Positions 43,491 to 51,471 are shown, counted from the stretch's first letter. The stretch is 64,000 nt of DNA from an uncultured delta proteobacterium (GCA_963727485.1 CAVSGM010000011.1:448001-512000); one strand, 5' to 3'. The notes: generated by a model not told the origin, from the sequence alone. Program-made: numbers and translations.

Positions 43491-44456
43491 GTGTCCGAGG
43501 CCCGCTTCCACCGCTACGGCCGGTTGCCGCTCCCCTCCATCGTCGACGCGGTGGGCCACACGCCCCTGGTGCGCCTGCGCCGGGTGGCGGCCCACGTGGG
43601 CCCAGAGGTCGAGGTCTTCGCCAAGCTCGAGTTCTTCAACCCCGGGGGCTCGGTGAAGGACCGCCCGGCCCGAAAGATGCTCCTCGACGCCCTGGCCGAC
43701 GGGCGCCTGAAGCCCGGGATGACGGTCATCGACTCCACCAGCGGGAACACCGGCGTCGCCTACAGCTGGCTGACGGCGGCGCTGGGCCTGAAGTGCACCC
43801 TGGTGATGCCCTCGAACGTCTCCCACGGCCGGAAGGCGGTGACCCGGTCGCTCGGGGCCGAGCTGGTGTTCAGCGACCCCATGGAGGGCTCCGACGGGGC
43901 CATCCGCCTGGTCCGGGAGATGGTCGCGGCCCACCCCAATCGGTACTTCTACCCGGACCAGTACTCCAACCCCTCGAACCCCGGGGCCCACGAGGAGGGC
44001 ACGGCGGTGGAGATCCTCGAGCAGACCGGGGGACGCGTGACCCACTTCGTCGCGGGTCTCGGGACCACCGGGACGGTGATGGGCACCGGGCGGGGCCTCA
44101 AGGGCGCGAAACCAGGGGTGAAGGTCTACGCGGTGGAGCCGGACGCGCCCTTCCACGGCCTCGAGGGCCTCAAGCACATCCCCTCGTCGCTCCGGCCGGC
44201 AATCTGGCAGCCCGAGGGGGTGGTCGACGAGATCCTCCCCATCGGCACCGAGGCCGGGTGGGACATGTCGGAGCGACTCGTAAGCGAGGAGGGGCTCGCC
44301 GTAGGCCATTCCGCCGGGGCGGCGGCCGTGGGCGCCCTCAAGATCGCGGAATCCTTGAGCGATGCCGGGGAGCCGGGGGTGGTGGTGACCGTGTTCCCCG
44401 ACCGGGCCGACCGGTACTTCGAGGCCGGGGCGTGGGATCCTGCCCACACCTGGTAG
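43491..44456 (+). CDS. Second PLP-dependent cysteine synthase (CysM-like)
   Basis: NPGGSVKDR, STSGNTG, DQYSNPSN, GLGTTGT, HGLEGLK; lies between the sulfur carrier and JAB genes. Confidence 0.85.
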   Translation: MSEARFHRYGRLPLPSIVDAVGHTPLVRLRRVAAHVGPEVEVFAKLEFFNPGGSVKDRPARKMLLDALADGRLKPGMTVIDSTSGNTGVAYSWLTAALGLKCTLVMPSNVSHGRKAVTRSLGAELVFSDPMEGSDGAIRLVREMVAAHPNRYFYPDQYSNPSNPGAHEEGTAVEILEQTGGRVTHFVAGLGTTGTVMGTGRGLKGAKPGVKVYAVEPDAPFHGLEGLKHIPSSLRPAIWQPEGVVDEILPIGTEAGWDMSERLVSEEGLAVGHSAGAAAVGALKIAESLSDAGEPGVVVTVFPDRADRYFEAGAWDPAHTW

Positions 44457-44483
44457 TTGGATGTGGTAAACAGGGCACCCCAA

Positions 44484-44963
44484 ATGCCCAAGTTGCGGTA
44501 TCCAAAAGAGATCCTGGAGGCCGTGATGGCCCACGCCCGGGCGGCCTACCCCGCCGAGTGCTGTGGGGTCATCTCCGGTGTCGAGGGTCGGTACGGTCCC
44601 GAGCTGGTGGCCGTGCACGAGATGCAGAACGTCTATGACCGGTACCACGAGGTCGATCCCGAGGCCTATCCTCGGACCTCGCGGACGGCCTACCTGATGG
44701 ACCCGCGCAAGCAGGCGGCCCTGATGGAGGCCCTCGCCGAGGCCGGGACCCAGGTCCGCTGCATCTACCACTCCCACGTGGACGTGGGGGCGTACTTCTC
44801 CGAGGAGGACCAGCGCATGGCCCTCCTCGACGGCGAGCCCCTCTACCCAGGGGTCGAGTACCTGGTGGTCGACGTGCAGCAGGGCGAGCCGGTCCGCGCC
44901 GAGGCCTTCGCCTGGGACGGGGAGGCCTTCGCCGGCCGCGAGGCCGGGCGGACAGAGGAATGA
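44484..44963 (+). CDS. JAB/MPN+ (Mec-like, M67) metallopeptidase
   Basis: YPAECCG and IYHSHVDVGAYFSEED (E...HxH-x7-S-x2-D JAMM motif). Confidence 0.9.
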   Translation: MPKLRYPKEILEAVMAHARAAYPAECCGVISGVEGRYGPELVAVHEMQNVYDRYHEVDPEAYPRTSRTAYLMDPRKQAALMEALAEAGTQVRCIYHSHVDVGAYFSEEDQRMALLDGEPLYPGVEYLVVDVQQGEPVRAEAFAWDGEAFAGREAGRTEE

Positions 44964-45059
44964 CGGAGCCGGGGGGCGCCATTCACCGAATGAATCCAAG
45001 GGCCCAAAGGCGGGCCCGAAGCTAGCGACGGGGGCGGCGGACCTCCTGGAGGAGCAGGC

Positions 45060-45971
45060 ATGGCCGAGAAGACGGGCTACACCATCTGGCTCACCGGCAT
45101 GAGCGGAGCCGGGAAGAGCACCCTGGCGGAGTACCTGGGCACACGACTCGCCGCCGCCGGGCGCGAGGTCGAGATCCTCGACGAGGAGTGGGTCCGCGAG
45201 GACCTCATGGGCGTCCTCGAGCCCACCCGCGAGGCGCGCGACCTCTACATGCGCCGCATCGGCTGGGTCGCCGAGCTCCTCACCCGCAACGGCGTCACCG
45301 CGATCGTCGCCGCCACCAGCCCCTACCGGGAGACCCGCGACGAGATCCGCAAGACGGTCGGCGAGTTCGTGGAGATCTTCTGCGACTGCCCGGTGGAGAC
45401 CCTCATCGAGCGCGACGTGAAGGGCCTCTACAAGAAGGCCCTGGCCGGCGACATCCCCAACTTCACCGGGATCACCGAGCCCTACGAGCCCCCGGCGTCG
45501 CCGGAGGTCACGGTGGACTCGGGGACCGAGACGGTGGAGGAGAGCGGCGAGAAGGTCATCGACTGCCTCGCCCGCCACGGCTACCTCGACCGGTCGGAGG
45601 CCCAGGTGGCGCTCTTCGGCAAGGGCAAGGGGCGCAAGGGCGCCCGCCGGAAGCCTGCCAAGGCAGCGAAGAAGCCGGCGCCGCCCGCGAAGAAGCCCGC
45701 CAAGAAGGCCCCCAAGAAGGCGGCGAAGAAGGTCGCCAAGAAGGTGGCGAAGAAGGCCCCCAAGAAGACGGCGAAGAAGGCGGCCAAGAAGACCACCAAG
45801 AAGGCCACCAAGAAGACCACCAAGAAGACCACCAAGAAGGCCACCGGCGCCAAGGCGAAGGGCGCCAAGAAGCCCGCCAAGCGTGCCGCCAGCCGCACCC
45901 GGACGGTGAGCCGGCCCGCGCGCCGCGCCGCCAAGGTCGCCAGCCGGCGGACGGCCAAGAAGCGCCGGTAG
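45060..45971 (+). CDS. cysC: Adenylyl-sulfate kinase with histone-H1-like Lys/Ala-rich C-terminal tail
   Basis: WLTGMSGAGKST, SPY, RDVKGLYKKALAGDIPNFTGITEPYEPP; the last ~115 aa are KKxx repeats and other basic sequence. Confidence 0.9.
   Translation: MAEKTGYTIWLTGMSGAGKSTLAEYLGTRLAAAGREVEILDEEWVREDLMGVLEPTREARDLYMRRIGWVAELLTRNGVTAIVAATSPYRETRDEIRKTVGEFVEIFCDCPVETLIERDVKGLYKKALAGDIPNFTGITEPYEPPASPEVTVDSGTETVEESGEKVIDCLARHGYLDRSEAQVALFGKGKGRKGARRKPAKAAKKPAPPAKKPAKKAPKKAAKKVAKKVAKKAPKKTAKKAAKKTTKKATKKTTKKTTKKATGAKAKGAKKPAKRAASRTRTVSRPARRAAKVASRRTAKKRR
45670..45880 (+). repeat. Degenerate 12-bp tandem repeat (AAGAAG-N6) encoding KKPA/KKAP/KKVA/KKTT units
   Basis: More than a dozen aagaag units, mostly at 12-nt periodicity. 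Confidence 0.85.
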
Positions 45972-46006
45972 GTTGCCAGGGGCGGCCGCGGCCCCAGGAT
46001 CTCCTC

Positions 46007-46853
46007 GTGCCCGACGCCCTCGACCTGAAGATCGCCCGCCTCCGGGAGGCCCTCCGGGACCTCGGCCGGGTGGTGGTGTGCTTCTCCGGGGGCGTGGACT
46101 CGAGCTACCTCCTCGCCGAGGCGGTCAGGCAGCTGGGGACCGACGCGGTGGCGCTGACGGCGGTGTCCCCGAGCCTCGCCCCCGAGGAGGCCGACGGGGC
46201 GCGGCGGCTCGCCGCCCGCCTCGGCGCCACCCACCGGATGGTCGAGAGCCACGAGCTCGACGACGCCCGCTACGCCTCCAACCCGGTCGACCGCTGCTAC
46301 TTCTGCAAGACCGAGGTCTACGGGGTGGCGGTGCGCGAGGCCGAGGCCCTACGCATCGGCCACGTCCTCGACGGCTTCAACGTCGACGACCGGGGCGACC
46401 ACCGGCCCGGGCGCAAGGCGGCCCGCGAGCGGGGGGTGCGCTCGCCGCTGGACGAGCTCGGCTTCCGCAAGGCCGACGTCCGGGAGGCGGCGCGGCGCCT
46501 CGGCCTCGAGGTGTGGGACAAGCCGGCGCTGGCCTGCCTCTCCAGCCGCTTCCCCTACGGGACCCGGATCACCCCCGAGCGGCTCACCCAGGTGGCCCGG
46601 TCGGAGCGGGTGCTCCGGGAGCTGGGGTTCCGGGTGTTCCGGGTGCGCTACCACGACGCCATGGCGCGCATCGAGGTGGCCCCGGACGAGCTGCCCCGGC
46701 TCATGGAGGTGGCCGCCGAGGTCACGGCGCGCCTCAAGGCCGAGGGGTTCACCTATGTCACGGTGGATCTCCGAGGGCTACCGCCAGGGGTCCCTCAACG
46801 AGGGGCTCGGGCGCGACGTGGTCGCGCGCATCGGCGGCGCCGTGGCGCGGTGA
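46007..46853 (+). CDS. larE: LarE-family ATP-dependent sulfur transferase; apparent +1 frameshift at ~46771
   Basis: FSGGVDSS PP-loop, RCYFCK, DHRPG, WDKPALACLSSRFPYG. The C-terminus is restored as VDLEGYRQGSLN by removing one C from ctccgag. Confidence 0.88.
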
Positions 46854-46887
46854 CGCAGGGCGTCGCGCGGTCGTGACCCGGGGGCGT

Positions 46888-46917
46888 TTGACCCCCGTGT
46901 CACCACCTCTCTACAAT
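46888..46917 (+). promoter_or_regulatory. Putative sigma70-type promoter of the BPI-like/beta-barrel pair
   Basis: TTGACC, 18-nt spacer, TACAAT; GGAGG Shine-Dalgarno before ATG 46945. Confidence 0.6.
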
Positions 46918-46944
46918 GGCTCGTCTGGCCTCGGGAGGGGATCC

Positions 46945-49470
46945 ATGCGCGCGCTCCGTCGTCATCCCATCGTCGTGTCGTTGTTCCTGGTCGCCGTCGC
47001 CGGTGGCTGCGGTGGCACCCAGAGCTGCGGCTGCGGGGCCACGCCCCTGGCCCACGACCTCGCGCCCGCGGACAAGGTGGACGACGGGATCCAGATGGAG
47101 ATCTCCCAGTCGGGCTTCACCTACATCGAGCAGAACTTCTCGGGGATCGTGAACCAGTTCATGCCCGGGGGGCTCAACTTCGCCATCCCCAACCAGCCCA
47201 GCGACTGCAGCCGGTGGACGACCAGCATCCAGTACCGGATCTGCCACCAGGGCAGCCCCTGCAGCCTCTCCGCCGCCATCCACGACGTGGGGCTCGCGAC
47301 CAAGGCGCCGAACAAGCTCTCGCTTTCGGCCCAGGTGGACATCTCCGGGCCGGCCATCCCCATCCAGATCTGCGGCTACGCCACCAAGACGAGCTGCGAC
47401 ATCAAGGTGCACGTGTCCAACAAGCCGGTGAGCGCCGAAGTGATCTTCAGCCGCGATCCGGTCACCGACGCCCTGACCTTCGACATCCAGAACGTCAGCG
47501 TGAGCCTCCAGGGCAGCGACTTCAGCCTGGGCGGCGGCTTCGTCTGCAGCATCGGCGACATCGGGTTCATCAAGAACTTCATCGCCGGCCAGGCCAACAG
47601 CGCGATCAAGGGCCAGCTCAACTCCATGGTGAAGCAGCAGCTCGACGCCATGAGCTGCATGCCCTGCGACTACTTCGGCGACGGCTGCGCCACGGGCCTC
47701 AACCCCTCCGCCGGCGCCTACTGCAAGGCCGACGCGAGCGGCAGCAAGTGGTGCATGAACGGGTCGACCGACCCCAACTGCATCCACAAGCCGCTCGGCT
47801 TCACGGGCAACGTGGACCTGGGGTCGGCGTTGGCCTCGCTGATGCCCGGGGTGAAGGCGCCGGTGAACATGTACATGGGCCTGGGCCAGGCCCAGGACCC
47901 CACCGCCGACCCGCTGGTCCCCGCCGACGGCGGGCCGCTGGACCTGCGGATGATCACCGGCACCAGCGTCGACCAGCAGAGCCCCTGCGTCCCCGACGCC
48001 TCGTCGGCGCCGGACACCTCGGCGCCGCCGCGGATCGACTTCGCCACCGAGGCCCAGGGCACCCCGTACATGGTCGGCCTGGGGGTCTCGGACAACTTCC
48101 TCAACAAGACCTTCTCCGATCTCTACCGCTCCGGCGGGCTGTGCCTGGACATCGGGAGCAAGACCTCGAGCTTCCTCTCGACCGGCCTGTTCACCACCTT
48201 CCTCCCGAGCCTCAACTCGCTGACCGAGGGGAAGAACGCGCCGATGATCATCGCCCTGCGGCCCAAGGATTGGCCGACGGTGGACATCGGCAAGGGGACG
48301 TACCACACGGACCCCAGCGGCAAGATCGTCCTGGATGATCCGCTCCTGACCATCCACATGAAGGGCGTGCACCTCGACTTCTACGCCCAGGTCGACCAGC
48401 GCTACGTCAGGCTCTTCACCCTGACCATGGACATCGACCTGCCGCTCGGCCTCGACTTCACCGGGAACAACCAGGTCATCCCCATCCTCGGCGACCTCTC
48501 GTCGCTGATCTCCAACGTCCAGGCGTCGAACAGCGAGATCCTCGCCGAGGATCCCTCGAACCTGGCGCAGCTCATCCCCGCGCTCATCGGGCTCATCCAG
48601 CCGGCGCTCGCCGGGGCCCTCAAGCCCATCGCGCTGCCGGCGATCCAGGGCTTCGCCCTCAACGTGAACAAGATCGCGGGCATCGTGCCCATGACCCCGG
48701 CCACCACGCCGCCGACCTTCGCCCACCTGGGCATCTTCGCCGGCCTCGCCCTCAGCCCGCCGCCAGCGACCGGGAGCGTCCAGACCACCGCGCAGGTGGC
48801 GTCGGTGCAGGTGCCGGCCACCGCGAGCCTCGCCTGGGCGGGCCCCGTGCCGAACCCCTCGGTGGTCCTCGACGTGGGCACCTTCGACGCCAGCCGCACC
48901 GCCAACGGCGACGAGTGGCAGTACCGCATCGACGGCGGCTTCTGGTCGCCGTTCCAGCGCGTCCAGCAGCTGACGATCGCCTCGCCGCTCTTCCTCCTCC
49001 AAGGCCACCACCGCATCGACGTGCGCGGCCGGGAGATTGGCCACTACCAGACCCTGGACCAGACCCCGGCCTCGGTGACCGTGGACATCGACTGGACCGC
49101 GCCCACCGGCCGCCTCTCGGTGGATCCGTCCACCGGCGCGGTGCAGGTCTTCGGCCACGACCTGGTCACCCCGGCGGCGAAGCTCGAGTACGCCTTCTCG
49201 GTGGACGGCGGGCCCTTCACCGGCTTCTCCACCGACGCCACCACGACCCTGCCGGTGGACGCCCAGTCCCTGGTCGCCGAGGTGCGCGACGAGGCCGGGA
49301 ACACCACCCGGCTGACCTGGCAGGGGCCCAAGTGGGGCGCGAACGACGCGCCGGTTCCGCCGGCGGCCCAGGGCGCCGGCTGCGCCGTGGGCGGGCGCGG
49401 GACCACCGGCGGGATCCTGGGCCTGCTCGTCCTGGGGCTGGGGCTGGCGCTCGTCCGGCGGAGGCGATAG
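46945..49470 (+). CDS. Cys-rich surface protein with predicted two-domain BPI/LBP (TULIP) fold, beta-sandwich stalk and MYXO-CTERM-like anchor (841 aa)
   Basis: Signal/lipobox VSLFLVAVAGGC; BPI-like segments GIQMEISQSGFTY, MVGLGVSDNFLN and LSTGLFTTFLPSL; C-terminal GAGC...GILGLLVLGLGLALVRRRR. The CDS is secure; the fold is inferred. Confidence 0.7.
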   Translation: MRALRRHPIVVSLFLVAVAGGCGGTQSCGCGATPLAHDLAPADKVDDGIQMEISQSGFTYIEQNFSGIVNQFMPGGLNFAIPNQPSDCSRWTTSIQYRICHQGSPCSLSAAIHDVGLATKAPNKLSLSAQVDISGPAIPIQICGYATKTSCDIKVHVSNKPVSAEVIFSRDPVTDALTFDIQNVSVSLQGSDFSLGGGFVCSIGDIGFIKNFIAGQANSAIKGQLNSMVKQQLDAMSCMPCDYFGDGCATGLNPSAGAYCKADASGSKWCMNGSTDPNCIHKPLGFTGNVDLGSALASLMPGVKAPVNMYMGLGQAQDPTADPLVPADGGPLDLRMITGTSVDQQSPCVPDASSAPDTSAPPRIDFATEAQGTPYMVGLGVSDNFLNKTFSDLYRSGGLCLDIGSKTSSFLSTGLFTTFLPSLNSLTEGKNAPMIIALRPKDWPTVDIGKGTYHTDPSGKIVLDDPLLTIHMKGVHLDFYAQVDQRYVRLFTLTMDIDLPLGLDFTGNNQVIPILGDLSSLISNVQASNSEILAEDPSNLAQLIPALIGLIQPALAGALKPIALPAIQGFALNVNKIAGIVPMTPATTPPTFAHLGIFAGLALSPPPATGSVQTTAQVASVQVPATASLAWAGPVPNPSVVLDVGTFDASRTANGDEWQYRIDGGFWSPFQRVQQLTIASPLFLLQGHHRIDVRGREIGHYQTLDQTPASVTVDIDWTAPTGRLSVDPSTGAVQVFGHDLVTPAAKLEYAFSVDGGPFTGFSTDATTTLPVDAQSLVAEVRDEAGNTTRLTWQGPKWGANDAPVPPAAQGAGCAVGGRGTTGGILGLLVLGLGLALVRRRR

Positions 49471-49482
49471 GAACCGGGGCCG

Positions 49483-50022
49483 GTGCCCCGCCTTCCCCGC
49501 CTGACTCGCGTCGTCGTCCTCCTCGCCCTCGCCGGGGCCGTCCTGGCGCCTGGGGTGGCGCGAGCCCAGTACCGCTTCGCCACGGCGCCGAGGCTCGACC
49601 ACCGGGGGCAGTGGGGCGTGTCCCTCTCGCCGGTGGTCGGCTACCTCTCGGCCGCGGGAAAGACCGTGGACTCCGGGATCGCCTTCGGCGTCGACTTGGG
49701 GCTCAGCCACGGCCTCGCCGACCGGGGCGACGAGCTGACCCTCCACCTGCGGCCGCTTCTCGCCGGCGCGGTCAAAGGGGCCCTGGTGATGGCCGGGTAC
49801 CGGACCTACTTCGGCCTCGAGACCTGGAAGACCTACGCCGACCTGCAGATCCTGGTGCCGGTGGTGCCGGGGCCGGCGGTGGGGGCCAGGGTGGGGCTCG
49901 GGCTGATGTACGACCCGAGCCGGCGCATCGGCGTGAGCGTCTCCGGCGGGGCGATGGCCGCGGCGGGGGCGGTGTTCGTCACCGGGTTCGACGTGATGGC
50001 CGGGGTGCAGCTGCGGTTCTGA
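49483..50022 (+). CDS. Small outer-membrane beta-barrel protein
   Basis: Signal peptide ...APGVARA, about eight amphipathic strands, C-terminal GVQLRF barrel signal. Confidence 0.7.
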   Translation: MPRLPRLTRVVVLLALAGAVLAPGVARAQYRFATAPRLDHRGQWGVSLSPVVGYLSAAGKTVDSGIAFGVDLGLSHGLADRGDELTLHLRPLLAGAVKGALVMAGYRTYFGLETWKTYADLQILVPVVPGPAVGARVGLGLMYDPSRRIGVSVSGGAMAAAGAVFVTGFDVMAGVQLRF

Positions 50023-50103
50023 GCGGTCGCGCCCGAGGAAGCTCGCGCCCGTCGAGACCGTGCGCCCGACCGTCGTCCGCGTCGTGAACGGGAAATCCCG
50101 CCC

Positions 50104-50149
50104 CGGCGCGCCGCCGTTTTTTTGACGCCTGCCTACCCGCTGCTACCGT
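50104..50149 (+). promoter_or_regulatory. Short GC hairpin plus T7 tract (possible terminator) overlapping a putative sigma70 promoter
   Basis: CGGCG-cgc-CGCCG-TTTTTTT, then TTGACG (50122-50127), 16-nt spacer, TACCGT (50144-50149). Confidence 0.45.
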
Positions 50150-50186
50150 GGAGGTGGATGTAGGACAAGGTCGCCCCGGAGGAACG

Positions 50187-50360
50187 ATGTACGACACCGA
50201 CGCCCCCCACACCGACCCGCTCACCGGTCTCGTGATCCGGATCCCCGCCGGGGACTACGGCAGCCTCAAGGTGCTCTCCGAGCGCACCCGGATCCGCCAG
50301 AGCGAGTTCCTCCGTGAGGCCATCGCCGACCTCCTCGACAAGTACAGCCACCTCCTCTGA
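50187..50360 (+). CDS. Ribbon-helix-helix DNA-binding protein (57 aa)
   Basis: GGAGG SD; LVIRIP strand followed by SLKVLSERTRIRQSEFLREAIADLLDKY helices. Confidence 0.75.
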   Translation: MYDTDAPHTDPLTGLVIRIPAGDYGSLKVLSERTRIRQSEFLREAIADLLDKYSHLL

Positions 50361-50374
50361 ACGAGGCCCCTTCG

Positions 50375-50485
50375 ATGGACACCAAGCTTCGCTGGTACCG
50401 GATCATCGCCGAGCGCGATCCCAAGGATCTTCCCTTCGCCCGGTTCTACAAGGAGCAGCTCGAGGCCCAGTCGGCCGCCCGCTGA
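50375..50485 (+). CDS. Putative 36-aa microprotein MDTKLRWYRIIAERDPKDLPFARFYKEQLEAQSAAR
   Basis: GAGG SD, ATG start, GC3-biased codons, tight packing after the RHH gene; below the ORF-track size cutoff. Confidence 0.5.
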   Translation: MDTKLRWYRIIAERDPKDLPFARFYKEQLEAQSAAR

Positions 50486-50512
50486 TCCGTCGCTGACACA
50501 AGGAGTCACGTC

Positions 50513-50635
50513 ATGCCCAAGGACATCCATCAGCTCAAGGCCTTCTACGACCGCCTCGACGAGCTCGTCGAGGAGCTCATCGACCTCGAGTTCGCCGCCG
50601 AGATGCGCCGGGTCCGCCGCGCCCTCGTCGACTAG
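50513..50635 (+). CDS. Putative 40-aa microprotein MPKDIHQLKAFYDRLDELVEELIDLEFAAEMRRVRRALVD
   Basis: Strong AAGGAG SD, nearly all codons end in G/C, amphipathic helix pattern. Confidence 0.6.
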   Translation: MPKDIHQLKAFYDRLDELVEELIDLEFAAEMRRVRRALVD

Positions 50636-51471
50636 CCCGCCCGATACGGAAACGGATTTACCGGCGCGGGGTAGCGCACCCTCACCAGGGTGAGCCCCCG
50701 GCCGGGCCCCCGGGGACCGTGATGCCGGTCCCGGGACGCGACCACGCCCGAGGCCGCCGAGGCCTCGAGCGCCCCCGAGCCCACCTGGGCCAGGAGGCCG
50801 GCGAGGTTTCGCACCTGGTGGCGCAAGAACGCCGTGCCGCTCACGGTGACCGCCACCAGGCGCCCCCCGGCGCGGCCGGGGTAGGGCGCCACCCGCACCA
50901 CCCCCGCGCCCAGGCGACGCGTGCCGTCGTCGGCAGTGAGGTCCCCGCGGTTGGTGGACAGGCCCCGGTAGTCGCGGGTGCCGAGGAGGGACCCCAGCGC
51001 CACGCTCACCGCCTCGGCGTCGAAGCTGACGGCCCAGGACACCTGCGGCGCGTCCGGGAAGCCCCTCGGATCCGGGAGCACCCAGGCCCGCGCGCGGAGG
51101 AACGGGTCCTCGGCCGCCGCCCCGAGATCCACCGGCAGGGCGAAGAGGTACCGGTAGACCTTCCCCCGGCTCGACCACCGCGCGTGAAACCGCGGGGGCG
51201 CCGGCACCAGGCCCCGGAGGCGGATCGCAGCCGGCAGGTGCGCCGCCAGGGCCACCGCGAGCCCCGGGTCCCAGGCCGCGAGCTTCACCTGGGCCACCTG
51301 CCCCTCGGCGTGGACCCCGGCGTCGGTGCGCGAGGCGCCTTGGAGGGGCGCCTCGACCCCGCAGGCGCCCAGGGCCGCCTCCACCAGCCCCTGCACCGTG
51401 GGGAGCGGCGGCTGGCGCTGGAAGCCGGAGAGCCCGGTGCCGTCGTAGGCGAGGCGGAGGACCGCGCGCAT
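50632..51471 (-). CDS. truA: tRNA pseudouridine(38-40) synthase TruA-like
   Basis: LAYDGT..SGFQRQ, ASRTDAGVHA, FHAR, FLRHQVR. Confidence 0.88.
   Translation of the reverse strand: MRAVLRLAYDGTGLSGFQRQPPLPTVQGLVEAALGACGVEAPLQGASRTDAGVHAEGQVAQVKLAAWDPGLAVALAAHLPAAIRLRGLVPAPPRFHARWSSRGKVYRYLFALPVDLGAAAEDPFLRARAWVLPDPRGFPDAPQVSWAVSFDAEAVSVALGSLLGTRDYRGLSTNRGDLTADDGTRRLGAGVVRVAPYPGRAGGRLVAVTVSGTAFLRHQVRNLAGLLAQVGSGALEASAASGVVASRDRHHGPRGPGRGLTLVRVRYPAPVNPFPYRAG

Noticed and set aside
42220..44963. E1 + ubiquitin-like + JAB genes as an anti-phage ubiquitination system (CBASS Cap2/Cap3 or Bil-like)
   Set aside because: No E2, cyclase or effector is present. Interleaving with cysteine synthases, TusA and CysC indicates sulfur metabolism.
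45670..45880. Short tandem repeats as a CRISPR array or other non-coding repeat
   Set aside because: Degenerate 12-bp in-frame coding repeat with no unique spacers and no cas genes.
45973..46944. N-terminal 324 aa of the 1,165-aa ORF 45973..49470
   Set aside because: Out-of-frame overlap with larE. The promoter, SD and signal peptide place the true start at 46945.
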